DNA of 64,000 nucleotides from Phoronis australis (Eukaryota; Animalia; Phoronida), in contig NMRA01000065.1 of assembly GCA_002633005.1 (NCBI GenBank), positions 859,066-923,065 on the forward strand. Reading direction: 5' to 3'. The translations under genes and the position numbers were made by a program. Below are positions 63,427-64,000 of this stretch, piece after piece. Within the stretch, counting starts at the first letter, position 1. Every line of letters starts with the position of its first letter. The notes beneath the pieces are model-generated. The model was not told the DNA's origin. It saw only the letters and a list, made by a program, of their open reading frames with translations, and ran no database searches.

Positions 63427-64000
63427 GTGAGTTTTTCATTTTTATACGGGTCGTCATTTTTAGGGAATTTCAGTTGACTCATGGGCAATCAGTGGAATAT
63501 GGCATGAATTGCTATCTAGACTGATAATATCTTGCTGATAACTTATTTTATTTAATATGACTGTCACAATATTGTAAGTACTTGAACTTCGAGGTATGTT
63601 AGCATTGTTGGGGTAATGTGACTATTACCTAGGGATATTCTGTTGCACTCACAATGGCGATTGTGGCGTTTTTTTATTTTGTCGTGGTCACAAAAATCCT
63701 GTGGCAATATGAAACAAGTTAACCCGTAGTATTGTTTTCTATGGTTACATTGTGCTCAGAATGGAACTCGTGGGTGGTATTTTTCAGATAATAAAACACT
63801 TCATGCGTCTGTTCTCTTATAGAAAATTGTTGGCTTTTGGCTTGCCAATTTATGGTTTTAAAATAGCTTTAAGTCTTTGTCACTGTTTTAAGGGTTTACT
63901 TAAAGTTCGTTATTAAGCAACTAAACATTTATTTTTTGTTACTTTGAAAAGACTGCAAAATGACTACTTTTGTCAATTGTCTCTTAACATAGCGATTTCT

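Overview
AT-rich eukaryotic (metazoan, probably marine invertebrate; inference) genomic DNA with four N-gaps. Almost all short ORFs in the track are spurious. The window lies inside one large + strand intron-rich gene whose start and end are probably outside it. Reading AG/GT junctions by hand gives about 30 exons that join in frame from 4511 to 63426. They encode an N-terminal helical region (tentatively FAM186A/B-like, from my recall of the human protein), a coiled coil, a long Ser/Pro/Lys/Arg-rich region with a 2019-nt exon, and a C-terminal helical region. The most unusual feature is 23.5-26.4 kb: five 21-nt phase-0 micro-exons, each encoding one 7-residue coiled-coil heptad, plus a 12-nt exon. 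One of them has been tandemly duplicated with its intron. About ten consecutive phase-1 symmetric exons follow, and there is a candidate mutually exclusive exon pair at 14.7/18.3 kb. Introns hold a Gypsy (Mag-type) LTR element nested in a LINE relic, an RNase H-bearing LINE with a 100-bp 5' fold-back, a Penelope-like fragment, two copies of a CATG-ended element with 2-bp TSDs, MITEs, fold-backs, SINE relics and minisatellites. All exon calls are manual and lack transcript support.
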